In this document: positions 1 through 9,214 of the stretch, in pieces
Layout: each line of letters starts with the position of its first letter
Position numbering within the stretch: position 1 is the first letter of the stretch
NCBI GenBank assembly: GCA_963779755.1
Contig: CAVZZO010000003.1
Coordinates: forward strand, 544,001 to 608,000
DNA: 64,000 nt
Direction: 5' to 3'
From: an uncultured Gemmatimonadales bacterium
GTDB taxonomy: Bacteria; Gemmatimonadota; Gemmatimonadetes; Gemmatimonadales; GWC2-71-9
Program-made: the position numbers and the translations under genes
Notes under the pieces: generated by a model
The model's database searches: none
Told to the model about the DNA's origin: nothing
The model's input: the letters and a program-made list of their open reading frames with translations, nothing else

Positions 1-54
1 CCAACAGCACAGGCTGTTCACACCCCGCTCAACCGCAAGTCACTGCACAAGAAC

Positions 55-252
55 ATGGCGCCCGAAAGCCAGATCCCTATCGCTCCCAGCAGCCCCCACG
101 CCCATGCCGCGTGGCCCCTTGCCGTGATGGCGACTTTCCTGATCCTGATTACCGCCCTGACGGCGCAGTTCGTCCGAGTCACCTGGTTCGCCAACCAGAC
201 CCCTCCGGCGCAGACCACGGCTGCTACGGTGCAACGGACGGCGTTGAAGTAG
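55..252 (+). CDS. Small hypothetical membrane peptide, or the C-terminal part of a gene entering from the left edge
   Basis: Frame is open from base 1; one hydrophobic stretch (WPLAVMATFLILITALTAQF); ends at TAG 250-252 just before a repeat element. Confidence 0.35.
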   Translation: MAPESQIPIAPSSPHAHAAWPLAVMATFLILITALTAQFVRVTWFANQTPPAQTTAATVQRTALK

Positions 253-326
253 GACGGCAGGACGGCCCTGAAGGACTTCCTCGCGGCTTTCGATTGTAGG
301 CCGCTCGGTCGCAGGACGGCAGGACG
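253..326. repeat. Dispersed GACGGCAG-flanked hairpin repeat (second copy at 37092-37178)
   Basis: GGCAGGACGGCCCTGAAGGACTTCCTCGCGGC (256-287) is identical to 37111-37142; GGCCGCTCGGTCGCAGGACGGCA is shared after a variable loop. Confidence 0.85.
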
Positions 327-342
327 GGAAGAGAGTCAGTCC

Positions 343-996
343 TCAGTCCCTCTCTCTTTCCGCTCTTTTCGCGCCTTTGAGTCCGGCCAGGATGAATTCG
401 GTGATCTCTTCCCGGCAGGTCTCCGGGTCGAGCTCCACGCCGCCGCACCCACCCAGCACCAGCCGGATCGATCCCAGCAGCGCCGAGTGCGCACCGAAGA
501 GCAGGCGTTCGGGAGGCTTATCGGGAAAGAGCCCCTGCGCAATCCCTTCCTGTAACAGCTGGTGCAGCAACTGGCTCAACCCGGTGTCCATCCGGTGGAA
601 CTCCTGCCGCATGGCGTCCGGCATGCCCCGCCGAAAGTCCTCCCGCTCGCAGAACTGCACCAGACGCTGGTAGGGAGTCTGGTCCAGGTGCAGGTCCCAG
701 AGAATCCGGATGGTCTCCCGCAGGCGGGCCTCGACCGGGAGGGAGGCCTGTACTCCACGCAGCCGCCGGAGGATGGCCTGCTGGAATTCGAGCGCCAGGC
801 GGGCGTAGATCTCGTCCTTGCCTGCGAAGTGCTTGTAAACCGTCCCCTTGCCGATGTCGGCCGACTCGGCGATCTGCTCGATGGTGACGGTCTGCCAGTC
901 GTCCCGGTTGAAGAGCGCCAGCGCCGCATCGAGAATGGCGCGCTCGCGCTGCCGGAACTCCCGGCTGCGGGCTTCGCGCATACCGGCCGGCATCAT
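343..996 (-). CDS. TetR/AcrR family transcriptional regulator
   Basis: N-terminal HTH AILDAALALF...TIEQIAESADIGKGTVYKHF; ATG overlaps the RND stop codon (ATGA). Confidence 0.92.
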   Translation of the reverse strand: MMPAGMREARSREFRQRERAILDAALALFNRDDWQTVTIEQIAESADIGKGTVYKHFAGKDEIYARLALEFQQAILRRLRGVQASLPVEARLRETIRILWDLHLDQTPYQRLVQFCEREDFRRGMPDAMRQEFHRMDTGLSQLLHQLLQEGIAQGLFPDKPPERLLFGAHSALLGSIRLVLGGCGGVELDPETCREEITEFILAGLKGAKRAERERD

Positions 997-3900
997 GGCC
1001 CGGTCGGGCCGGGGTCGGCCGGGGCGTGGGAGGGCGCCGGCGCCTTCTTCCTGTCCGAGCCCAGCACCTTCCCGATGCGTGCCCGGATGGCGTCGCGCCA
1101 GCCGGCCAGGATCTCGTAGATGGTCGGGATGACAACCAGTGTCAGCAGCGTACTGGTAATGACCCCGCCGATCACGGCCCGGCCCAGCGGCGCCCGGAAA
1201 TCGGCGCCCTCGCCGTGGCCGATCGCGACCGGCACCATGCCGGCGATCAGGGCCAGGGTGGTCATGATGATGGGACGGAGCCGGATGCGGCCGGCCTCGA
1301 TCAGGGCCTCCCGGAGCGGCTGCCCCCGTTCCTCCGCCCACTTGGCGAAGTCGATAAGCAGGATGGCGTTCTTCGCCACGATGCCCATCAGCAGGATCAC
1401 CCCGATCAGGCTCATGATGTTCAGGGTATCGCCGGTGATCCGGAGCGCCAGCACCACGCCGATCAACGACAGCGGCAGCGAGATGAGAATCGCCAGCGGG
1501 TCGAGGAACGACCCGAACTGCACCACCAGGATGAGATACATCAGCAGCACGGCCACACCCAGCGCCGTGAAGATCCGGGTGAACACCTCGTTCTGGTCCC
1601 GGGCCTGCCCGCCCTGGGCGATGGTATAGCCCGGCGGCAGGTTCAGCTTGTCGAGCCGGGCCATGATGCCTTGCACCACCTCGTTGAGCGGCCGGTCCTG
1701 CACGTTGGCCTCGACATTGACCACCTTCTCGCGGTCCACATGATCGATCTGCGCCGGCCCCTCGCCCTGGCGGATGTCGGCCACCTGCCCCAGGGGCAGC
1801 GTCGCGGGGCCGCCCTGGGCGTTGCGGACCACCAGGGGCAGCTGCCGCAGATCGGATTCGCTGACCCGCGCCTCGGGCGCCAGGCGCACGGTGACGTCCC
1901 GGGTTTCCCCGGAGGGATCCACCCAGTCGCCCGCGTCGATGCCGGCGAACGCCGCCCGCAGCGACTGGGCGATCTCGCCCACGGTGATGCCCAGCGTGCC
2001 GGCCAGCCCGCGATTCACGTTCACCTCCAGCTCCGGCTTCTGGCCCCGGTTGCTGAGCCCGATATCCACCGCGCCCGGCACCTTCCGCACTTCCTGCTCC
2101 GCCCGGAGGGCGAGCCGGGTCAGGATGACGGCGTCGGGGCCTTTCATCTGGATCTGGATCTGCTTGAAGGCGCCGCCGAACCCGCTGGTAAAGACGGAGG
2201 CCTGCGCGCCGCCCACCCGCAGCAGCTCGTTCCGCAGCACCCGCCCGAACTCGTCCTGGCTGATGCTGCGGTCGGCCCGGGGCACCATGCGGATGTAGAT
2301 CAGCGCCTGGTCTACCGACGGCGTGTGCATGGGAATGGCGGTGCCCACCTGGGTGAAGGTGTACGCCACTTCCTTGTGCTGCCGGGCGATGCGGGCCATC
2401 TCCTCGGTCTTGCGGATGGTGTAGTCGAGATTCGAGCCCGGCGGCGCCTCGATGATGACGTTGACCTCGCTGCGGTCGCTCACCGGGACGAACCCGGCGC
2501 CGAGTGGTGCGACCACCGGCACCAGCCCGATGCTCACGAAGGCCAGCGCCAGCACACCGACCACTCCCAGCAGACGGAAAGCCCAGTGCCAGGGCCGCCC
2601 CAGGACCAGGACGATGATCGCGACGGCGAGCACCAGCACTCCTGCCGCCAGGATCCCCCGCGCTGGAATCATGATCGCGGCAAAGAAGGCACCGGCGGCG
2701 ATCGCCACCATGGCGGCCCGGTGGTCCAGCGCCCAGGCGATGAGCAGCTTGTAGCGGTCGGCCTGGCGGTCGAACCAGTTGTTGAAGCGCTCCAGCGTGC
2801 GGGCGACGGGGTTCCGCCGCTGGTGCTTCTCCACCTGGGGATCGGGCCAGTAGGCCGAGAGCATGGGGTCGAGCGAAAAGCTGACGAAGAGCGAGACCAG
2901 CACCGCGCAGGCGATGGTGAGCGCGAAGGGCTTGAACCACTGCCCCGCCACGCCGTACATGAACGCCACCGGCACGAAGACCGCCACAATGGAGAAGGTG
3001 GTGGCGGCCACCGCCAGGCCGATCTCGTCCGTCGCGGTGCGGCTGGCTTCGTAGTGGTCTTCGCCCAGCTCGATGTGGCGGACGATATTCTCCCGCACCA
3101 CGATGGCATCGTCGATCAGGATGCCGATGGCGAGCGAGAGACCCAGCAACGACATCGTGTTGAGCGTGAAGCCGAAGGCCCAGACGGCGATGAACGCCGC
3201 CAGCACCGACACCGGCAACGCCAGGCCGGTGATGACGGTCGAGCGCCAGGAGTTGAGGAACATGAAAACCACCAGCACCGTGAGCAGGGCGCCCTCGATC
3301 AGCGCCTCCTCCACGTTCCGCACCGCATGGCTCACCCGCACCCCGGCGTTCTGGACGATTTCGAACTTCACGCCGGCCGGCAGCGTCCGCTGGATGTCCG
3401 CCACCCGCTTTTCGATCTGGCCCGTCACCAGGGTGGTGGAGTAGCCCTTGGCCTTCTTCACTTCGATACCGACGGCCTGCTTGCCGCTGAAATAGGCGGC
3501 GGTCCGCTGCTCCTCGGTGCCGTCCACCACCGTGGCGACCTGCCCCAGCCGGATGAGCTGGTCGCCGCGCTGCGCCACCACCAGCTGCTGGAACTGCTCG
3601 GGCGAATCGAGCCGGCCCTTCAGCCGGATGGACTTCTCCTCCAGGTTCCCGGTGATGTTTCCGACCGGGGCGGCCAGGTTCTGCTGCTGCAGCGCCTGCA
3701 CTACCTGGCTCACGCTCACGCCCGCGGCCTGGAGGTCGGCCGGCCGGAGATCCACGCTCAGCTCCCGCTGGATGTCGCCCACCAGGTTGGCCTCCGCCAC
3801 CCCCTGGACGCTGCGCAGCTCGCGCAGGATGCCGGGATCGGCCAGGCGCGTCAGCGCGGTAGCCGGCAGGGTGTTGGAGGTGAGGGCAATGGAAATCACC

Positions 3901-4316
3901 GCCAACTCCCCCGGGTCGATCCGGCTCAGGATCGGCTCCTTCATTTCCGTGGGCAGGTCGGCGCGCTTGGTGCTGATGGCATCGCGGATGTCCTGCGAGG
4001 CCTGCTGGATGTTCTTCTCGTAATCGAAGAACACCACGAAGGTGGCGAGGCCGTCGGTGGCGTGGGCTTCGGTCTTGGACCAGTCCACCCCGCTGATGGA
4101 GGAGAACGCCTCTTCCAGCGGATCGATGATCTCCCGCTCCACCACTTCGGGCGAGGCGCCCGGATAGGGAATGGTGACGGCGACGACCGGCTGCTGGATG
4201 TCGGGGAATTCGTCCGTCTGCAGGTTGAGCAGGGCCGCAATGCCGAACGCCACCAGCGCGAGCATGGCGGTGACGGTGACGATGGGCCGCTTGATGGCGA
4301 AATCCGAAATGAACAC
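993..4316 (-). CDS. RND efflux permease (AcrB/AcrD/AcrF family)
   Basis: 1107 aa; MFISDFAIKRP N-terminus, GILIDDAIVVRENI (TM4), KNAILL (TM10), RLRPIIMTT (TM11). Confidence 0.96.
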   Translation of the reverse strand: MFISDFAIKRPIVTVTAMLALVAFGIAALLNLQTDEFPDIQQPVVAVTIPYPGASPEVVEREIIDPLEEAFSSISGVDWSKTEAHATDGLATFVVFFDYEKNIQQASQDIRDAISTKRADLPTEMKEPILSRIDPGELAVISIALTSNTLPATALTRLADPGILRELRSVQGVAEANLVGDIQRELSVDLRPADLQAAGVSVSQVVQALQQQNLAAPVGNITGNLEEKSIRLKGRLDSPEQFQQLVVAQRGDQLIRLGQVATVVDGTEEQRTAAYFSGKQAVGIEVKKAKGYSTTLVTGQIEKRVADIQRTLPAGVKFEIVQNAGVRVSHAVRNVEEALIEGALLTVLVVFMFLNSWRSTVITGLALPVSVLAAFIAVWAFGFTLNTMSLLGLSLAIGILIDDAIVVRENIVRHIELGEDHYEASRTATDEIGLAVAATTFSIVAVFVPVAFMYGVAGQWFKPFALTIACAVLVSLFVSFSLDPMLSAYWPDPQVEKHQRRNPVARTLERFNNWFDRQADRYKLLIAWALDHRAAMVAIAAGAFFAAIMIPARGILAAGVLVLAVAIIVLVLGRPWHWAFRLLGVVGVLALAFVSIGLVPVVAPLGAGFVPVSDRSEVNVIIEAPPGSNLDYTIRKTEEMARIARQHKEVAYTFTQVGTAIPMHTPSVDQALIYIRMVPRADRSISQDEFGRVLRNELLRVGGAQASVFTSGFGGAFKQIQIQMKGPDAVILTRLALRAEQEVRKVPGAVDIGLSNRGQKPELEVNVNRGLAGTLGITVGEIAQSLRAAFAGIDAGDWVDPSGETRDVTVRLAPEARVSESDLRQLPLVVRNAQGGPATLPLGQVADIRQGEGPAQIDHVDREKVVNVEANVQDRPLNEVVQGIMARLDKLNLPPGYTIAQGGQARDQNEVFTRIFTALGVAVLLMYLILVVQFGSFLDPLAILISLPLSLIGVVLALRITGDTLNIMSLIGVILLMGIVAKNAILLIDFAKWAEERGQPLREALIEAGRIRLRPIIMTTLALIAGMVPVAIGHGEGADFRAPLGRAVIGGVITSTLLTLVVIPTIYEILAGWRDAIRARIGKVLGSDRKKAPAPSHAPADPGPTGP

Positions 4317-4346
4317 GTTACCCCCGGACCAGGGCCCGAGCGCCGC

Positions 4347-5522
4347 TCAATGCCCGACCGCCGCGGCGGCGGAATCGGCCGGTGGGGGCGCAGCGGGAGC
4401 TTCCACCTCGATCCGCGCGCCCGACGGAATGCCCTGCGCGGTCCCCGCCAGCACGGTGTCGCCCGCGCGCAGGCCCTGGGTCACTTCAATCATGTCGGCC
4501 AGATCGTCCTGCAGCCCGGTCTGCACCGGCACCCGTTCGACCGTCCCTCCCCGCACCCGCAGCACCGAGGGCGGGCCCGCGCGGGTATCCAGCGCCCGCT
4601 GGGGAACGGCGATGGTCTTGCGCGATTGCAGCGCAACGCGACCCTCGGCGAACAGGCCGGCCGCCAGCTGCCGGTCCGCGTTGGGAATGCGGACGTAGAT
4701 GCGGGCCTGCCGGGTGGCCGGATCGACCACGGGGTTCACCCGCTCCACCGTCCCGCTGAAGCTGCGGTCGCCGAAGCCGGACACGGTAAAGTCCACCGGC
4801 GCCCCGACCCGGAGCCGCGCCAGCGCCGCCGCGGGGACCGAAGCCTCGAGCCGGAGGCTGGACGGATCGACGACGGTTACCAGCGCGGTCCCCGGCTGGA
4901 CCACGTCGCCCTGGTTCACCGGCCGGTCGCTGACCACACCACCGAAGGGGCTCCGCGGCTCGGTATTGGCCAGATTCTTCTCCGCCGTAGCGAGCCGCGA
5001 CTTCGTCTCCGCCAGCGCCGCCTGCGCGTTCTCCGCATTCGCCCTGGCCGTCTCGACATCGCGCTCGGCCACGGCGCCCGCCTGCTGCAGGGCCTGCGAG
5101 CGCTCCAGGTTGCGCTGGGCCAGGGTCGCGGCCGCCTGCGCACTCTGCACCGCCGATCGGGCCGACTGGGCCGCATCGCGAATGGCCGCGGCGTCGATGG
5201 AGAGGAGCGGCGCTCCCCGCGCCACCTTCTGCCCTTCCTCGGCATAGGTGCGCTCCACCGTTCCGCTGACCTGGGAGCGGATGGTGGCGCTGTTCTCGGC
5301 CATGAGCTGCCCCGAGAAGGAGGGCCCGCTCACCACCGTGGTCGAGTCGACCGGCACGACATTCTCCGGGCCCACCACCACCGGGGCCTGCTCCTGCTGA
5401 TCGGCGGCCGGCGCGTGGCCGCCACAGGACCAGATCCCCGGCAGCAGAAGGAAAACGACCGGAAGCGTCCGGCGTGCCAGGGCTGTGACAGTTCGGGTCA
5501 TCGTTCCGCCGATCGTGTTCAT
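4347..5522 (-). CDS. RND periplasmic adaptor (membrane fusion protein), probable lipoprotein
   Basis: Lipobox-like IWSC, biotinyl-lipoyl segments (RSQVSGTV...EGQKV; RSPFGGVV), coiled-coil hairpin, VDPATR motif. Confidence 0.93.
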   Translation of the reverse strand: MNTIGGTMTRTVTALARRTLPVVFLLLPGIWSCGGHAPAADQQEQAPVVVGPENVVPVDSTTVVSGPSFSGQLMAENSATIRSQVSGTVERTYAEEGQKVARGAPLLSIDAAAIRDAAQSARSAVQSAQAAATLAQRNLERSQALQQAGAVAERDVETARANAENAQAALAETKSRLATAEKNLANTEPRSPFGGVVSDRPVNQGDVVQPGTALVTVVDPSSLRLEASVPAAALARLRVGAPVDFTVSGFGDRSFSGTVERVNPVVDPATRQARIYVRIPNADRQLAAGLFAEGRVALQSRKTIAVPQRALDTRAGPPSVLRVRGGTVERVPVQTGLQDDLADMIEVTQGLRAGDTVLAGTAQGIPSGARIEVEAPAAPPPADSAAAAVGH

Positions 5523-7102
5523 GGCCCGGTCTGGCCGGCGCCGGTCTGCGGTGTCACAGCAGGAGCGGTCGTGGCACCCGCCGCGCCGCTGGTGGGCGTG
5601 GTTCCCACCGCTGCCGGAAGATCGGGCAGCAGCGCCAGGCGCACCCGGGCGACCAGGAGATCGCGCGCCGCCAGGGCCCGATTGGCCTCCGCCTGCCGCA
5701 GGGCCAGCCGCGCGTCGGCCAGCTCCGTCTGGGTCGAGATGCCCTCGCGGAACCGGATCTCGGCGATGTCATAGGCGCGGCGTGCCTGCTCCGCGGTGCC
5801 CGCGCTCGCCTCCCACGAGGCTTGCGCCGCTTCCAGCGACAGAACGGCATCCCGGGTGTCGAGCGCCGCCTGCTTCTCCGCCAGCGACAGCCGCAGCCGC
5901 GCCTCCTCCAGATTGGCCTGCGCCACCATCCGCTGCCCATGCAGGCGGCCGCCCTGGAAGATCGGGACGGAGAGCCGGGCGGTGATGGTCCAGTCGGTGA
6001 GATAGCTGCTGTTGAAGGGCAGACCGGACGCGGGAAAGGTGATCTTGGCGTACTGGGAAGACACCGCCAGCGTGGGGAGCCGGGCCCCGGTGGCGGCCTG
6101 CAGCAGCCCCTCCTGGGCGCGCACGCCGGCTTCGGCCTGCCGCACCAGCACCCGGGAAGAGAGGGCGGTATCCGGCTGCGCGGGAAGCTCCAGAGGCAGG
6201 TCCGGGAGCCCCGCCTGGGTCGAATCGCCCAGCGTCGTCGCCAGGACCAGCGGCTGAGCCAGAGAAAGATTGAGCAACTGTTTGAGCCGGTCGAGCGCCA
6301 GCTCATGCTGCGAGCGGCGCTGGATCACCAGCGGCCGCTGGTTATCCCGGTTCACTCGCGCCCGCAGCAGCTCGAACTCCGGCTGGGTTCCGACTTCGTA
6401 GCCTTTCCTCGCATCCTGGTAAGTGCGTTCCGCCTGCGCCAGCGTCTCTTCGGCGATGGCAAGGAGCCGGCCGGCCAGCACGGCGTCGAAATAGGCGCCC
6501 GCCACCGTGAGCTCCAGCTGGGCGCGCTGCGAGCGCAGGACCAGCTCGGCGGCATCGCGGCCGGCGCCCGCCGCTTTCGTCTGGCCAAGGAGCGCGTAAT
6601 CGAAGACCGTCTGACTCAGCGCCAGGCCGAAGTTGTAGGAGTTGGGCTGGCCGAAGGGCAGATTCTGAAAGCTGCCGAACGGATTGACGGTGGAGAGGCA
6701 ATTCACCGCCTGCTCCAGGGAATCCACCCGTTCGGTGATCGGGTTGCCGGTCTGGGGGGTGAAGGTGGGGCAACTCGCCGGCCCCGTGGCAGTGCTGTCG
6801 CTCGAGCCGCTGCGCAAGCCGGAGAACTGGCTCTTCAGGGTGCGGGTGTAGGTGGCGCTGCCGGAGAGTTGCGGCAGCCAGCCGCTCCGCGCCTGCACCT
6901 GGTTGCCTTTCGCCCGGAGTACCCCGGCCTGGGCGATGCCGACGGCTTCATTCCGGCTGCGGGCCAGCTCCAGGGCCTGGGGCAGTGTCAGCCGGGCGGT
7001 ATCGGCCGGCTGCTGGGCGGCCACCCCGCCGGGTACGGTCCACAGCGCCAGCATCACACTGGTGGTCTCCAGCAGTTGCCGCCCCGCGCTCCGGACACTC
7101 AT
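5519..7102 (-). CDS. TolC family outer-membrane efflux protein
   Basis: Signal peptide, LTLPQALELA, ARSGWLPQL, VAGAYF, VPIFQGG, RFREGIST repeats; first gene of the efflux operon. Confidence 0.92.
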   Translation of the reverse strand: MSVRSAGRQLLETTSVMLALWTVPGGVAAQQPADTARLTLPQALELARSRNEAVGIAQAGVLRAKGNQVQARSGWLPQLSGSATYTRTLKSQFSGLRSGSSDSTATGPASCPTFTPQTGNPITERVDSLEQAVNCLSTVNPFGSFQNLPFGQPNSYNFGLALSQTVFDYALLGQTKAAGAGRDAAELVLRSQRAQLELTVAGAYFDAVLAGRLLAIAEETLAQAERTYQDARKGYEVGTQPEFELLRARVNRDNQRPLVIQRRSQHELALDRLKQLLNLSLAQPLVLATTLGDSTQAGLPDLPLELPAQPDTALSSRVLVRQAEAGVRAQEGLLQAATGARLPTLAVSSQYAKITFPASGLPFNSSYLTDWTITARLSVPIFQGGRLHGQRMVAQANLEEARLRLSLAEKQAALDTRDAVLSLEAAQASWEASAGTAEQARRAYDIAEIRFREGISTQTELADARLALRQAEANRALAARDLLVARVRLALLPDLPAAVGTTPTSGAAGATTAPAVTPQTGAGQTGP

Positions 7103-7159
7103 GCTCGGTTTGACCCCTCGGCCCCGGGATTGATCCCTGGTTCACCTCTGTTACCGGCC

Positions 7160-7176
7160 CGTGACCGCCGGTCACG
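7160..7176. promoter_or_regulatory. Palindromic operator, probably for the TetR of the efflux operon
   Basis: Perfect inverted repeat CGTGACCG-C-CGGTCACG about 60 bp upstream of the TolC start. Confidence 0.5.
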
Positions 7177-7316
7177 CCACCGGGAAAAAAAAGACCGGTC
7201 CTGACATCGGCAGCCTGTACCAGCCGGGAGCCTCCCCCGTCGGCCCAGGAGCGGGGAAGATGGAGGGGGGCAGCCGAGGGGTCAAGGCGGAATAAGGAGG
7301 GACCGGGGACGAGAAA

Positions 7317-8102
7317 TCAGAACGCCAGGGTGAGCACCGAATCCCCCGCCCTCACCACGCCCTGCCCCTCGTGCACCAGGTTCTGCCCGAAGAGGACATT
7401 GCCGTCCGCGCGGCGGTAGGTAGCGAGAGTGGCGAGCGGTTCCTTCCCCTGCTCCGCGGTATCCTGGTTCACCGTCGTCGTCACACAGCGTTCGCAGGCC
7501 TTGGCCCGCCGGAACGACAGCTCGCCGATGCGGATCGCGCCCCAGTCGTCTTCGGCGTAGGGTGCGGCGCCCGTCACCACGAAGTTGGGCCGGAACCGGT
7601 TCATGGGAAGGGGAACGGCGAGGCGGCGGTTCAGGTCGTCGAGGCTGGCCTGTCCGATGAGCAGCAGGGGGAAGGCATCGACGAAGCTGATTCGGTGATT
7701 GCCATACTGGGGATCGAGCGGCCGGACGCTTTGGGCCGGGAGATGTACCAGGCGGGTGGGACGGCCCAGCAATCGGGTAAGCCAGAGTGACGCCTCCGGG
7801 CCGCAATCGGTCACGGAGACCGCATCATTCCACACCCGTACCGTACACGCGGGCCCCGCGCACTCACGCGGAACTTCCAGCGACGGAAGCGCAGGGGCCG
7901 AGAGGTCCAGCGTTTCGCGGCCCAGGCGGGGACGGATCAGCGCCAGCCTGGGCTCGGACCGCTGGGTCAGGAAATCGCCGGCCTCATCCACCACCATCCA
8001 GCGCCGGTCATCGGCAATGCCGAACTCATCCAGGCGGGCTTCCGTGAGGGAGAGGCCGCCGGCGGACTTGATGGGGTAAACGAAGATTTCGGAGAGTTGC
8101 AT
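7317..8102 (-). CDS. MOSC domain protein (YcbX/mARC-like)
   Basis: LSEIFVYPIKS, DRRWMVVD, FVDAFPLLL, RFRPNFVV, CERC, FGQN motifs. Confidence 0.92.
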   Translation of the reverse strand: MQLSEIFVYPIKSAGGLSLTEARLDEFGIADDRRWMVVDEAGDFLTQRSEPRLALIRPRLGRETLDLSAPALPSLEVPRECAGPACTVRVWNDAVSVTDCGPEASLWLTRLLGRPTRLVHLPAQSVRPLDPQYGNHRISFVDAFPLLLIGQASLDDLNRRLAVPLPMNRFRPNFVVTGAAPYAEDDWGAIRIGELSFRRAKACERCVTTTVNQDTAEQGKEPLATLATYRRADGNVLFGQNLVHEGQGVVRAGDSVLTLAF

Positions 8103-8142
8103 CCGGTCTCCAGGTGCGGGCGGCATTCTCAAGTAAGAGAAA

Positions 8143-8325
8143 CCGCAGATGACGCAGATGACGCAGATTGCTTCCGCCGCGGGCGGCGCTCAGACACCAA
8201 CCCAGTCACCCACAAAACAAGAAAGAAGGTTGTTCTTTGTGGCGAGACGGCAACGCTTCGCGGAGGACAGCCGGCCTCGGAGCGAATCTGCGTAATCTGT
8301 ATAGATCTGCGTAATCTGCGGATCA
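8143..8325. repeat. Solo diverged copy of the MITE-like element with CAGAT/ATCTG terminal repeats
   Basis: Ends CCGCAGATGACGCAGATGACGCAGAT...ATCTGCGTAATCTGCGG; core CCAACCCAGTCACC..AAAACAAGAAAGAAG..GGAGGACAGCCGGCCTCGGAGCGAATC shared with the array. Confidence 0.85.
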
Positions 8326-8409
8326 CCTAAACGGAACCAACCCCACGATACCAGGGCCGCCGGCAGGGTCCACCGCCAGACCTTTGTCCTCGGTGAGCCG
8401 GGCAGATCC

Positions 8410-9187
8410 GAGGTATTGATCCACAGATTACACCGATTAACCCCGATGGCCTCCCGCGACGGGGCACTGCTCCGAGTCCAACCCAGTCACCCCCAAAACA
8501 AGAAAGAAGAGTTGTCCTTTGTGGCGGCCCGGCAACGCCCCGCGGAGGACAGCCGGCCTCGGAGCGAATCCGCGTAATCTGTATCGATCGATCTGCGTAA
8601 TCTGAGGTATTGATCCACAGATTACACCGATTAACCCAGATGGCCTCCCGCGACCGGGCACTGCTCCGAGTCCAACCCAGTCACCCCCAAAACAAGAAAG
8701 AAGAGTTGTCCTTTGTGGCGGCACGGCAACGCTTCGCGGAGGACAGCCGGCCTCGGAGCGAATCCGCGTAATCTGTATCGATCGATCTGCGTAATCTGAG
8801 GTATTGATCCACAGATTACACCGATTAACCCAGATGGCCTCCCGCGACGGGGCACTGCTCCGAGTCCAACCCAGTCACCCCCAAAACAAGAAAGAAGAGT
8901 TGTCCTTTGTGGCGGCCCGGCAACGCTTCGCGGAGGACAGCCGGCCTCGGAGCGAATCTGCGTAATCTGTGTAGATCTGCGTAATCTGAGGTATTGATCC
9001 ACAGATTACACCGACTAACCCCGATGGCCTCCCGCGACGGGGCACTGCTCCGAGTCCAACCCAGTCACCCCCAAAACAAGAAAGAAGAGTTGTCCTTTGT
9101 GGCGGCCCGGCAACGCCCCGCGGAGGACAGCCGGCCTCGGAGCGAATCTGCGTAATCTGTGTAGATCTGCGTAATCTGTGGATCAAT
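8410..9187. repeat. Tandem array of four 190-194 bp MITE-like units with terminal inverted repeats
   Basis: Units start at 8410, 8604, 8798 and 8988 (GAGGTATTGATCCACAGATTAC); the array end GTAATCTGTGGATCAAT is the reverse complement of ATTGATCCACAGATTAC; units are near-identical with scattered polymorphisms. Confidence 0.93.
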
Positions 9188-9214
9188 CTCTCCCAACCCG
9201 CCCGGCGCGAGGGG

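Noticed and set aside
1026..5774. 1582-aa plus-strand ORF and other long antisense ORFs (e.g. 26543-29002, 50792-52831)
   Set aside because: Shadow ORFs opposite well-supported genes, typical of high-GC DNA.
8326..8409. Moco riboswitch upstream of the MOSC gene
   Set aside because: Could not identify the expected conserved stems or motifs by eye; an Rfam scan would be needed.
8410..9187. CRISPR array
   Set aside because: Whole 190-194 bp units are repeated with no unique spacers, and there are no cas genes in the window.
8129..9190. Short ORFs (PQITQI/ICVICG peptides) across the repeat array
   Set aside because: They are translations of the repeat with inconsistent frames between units; no RBS or domain evidence.
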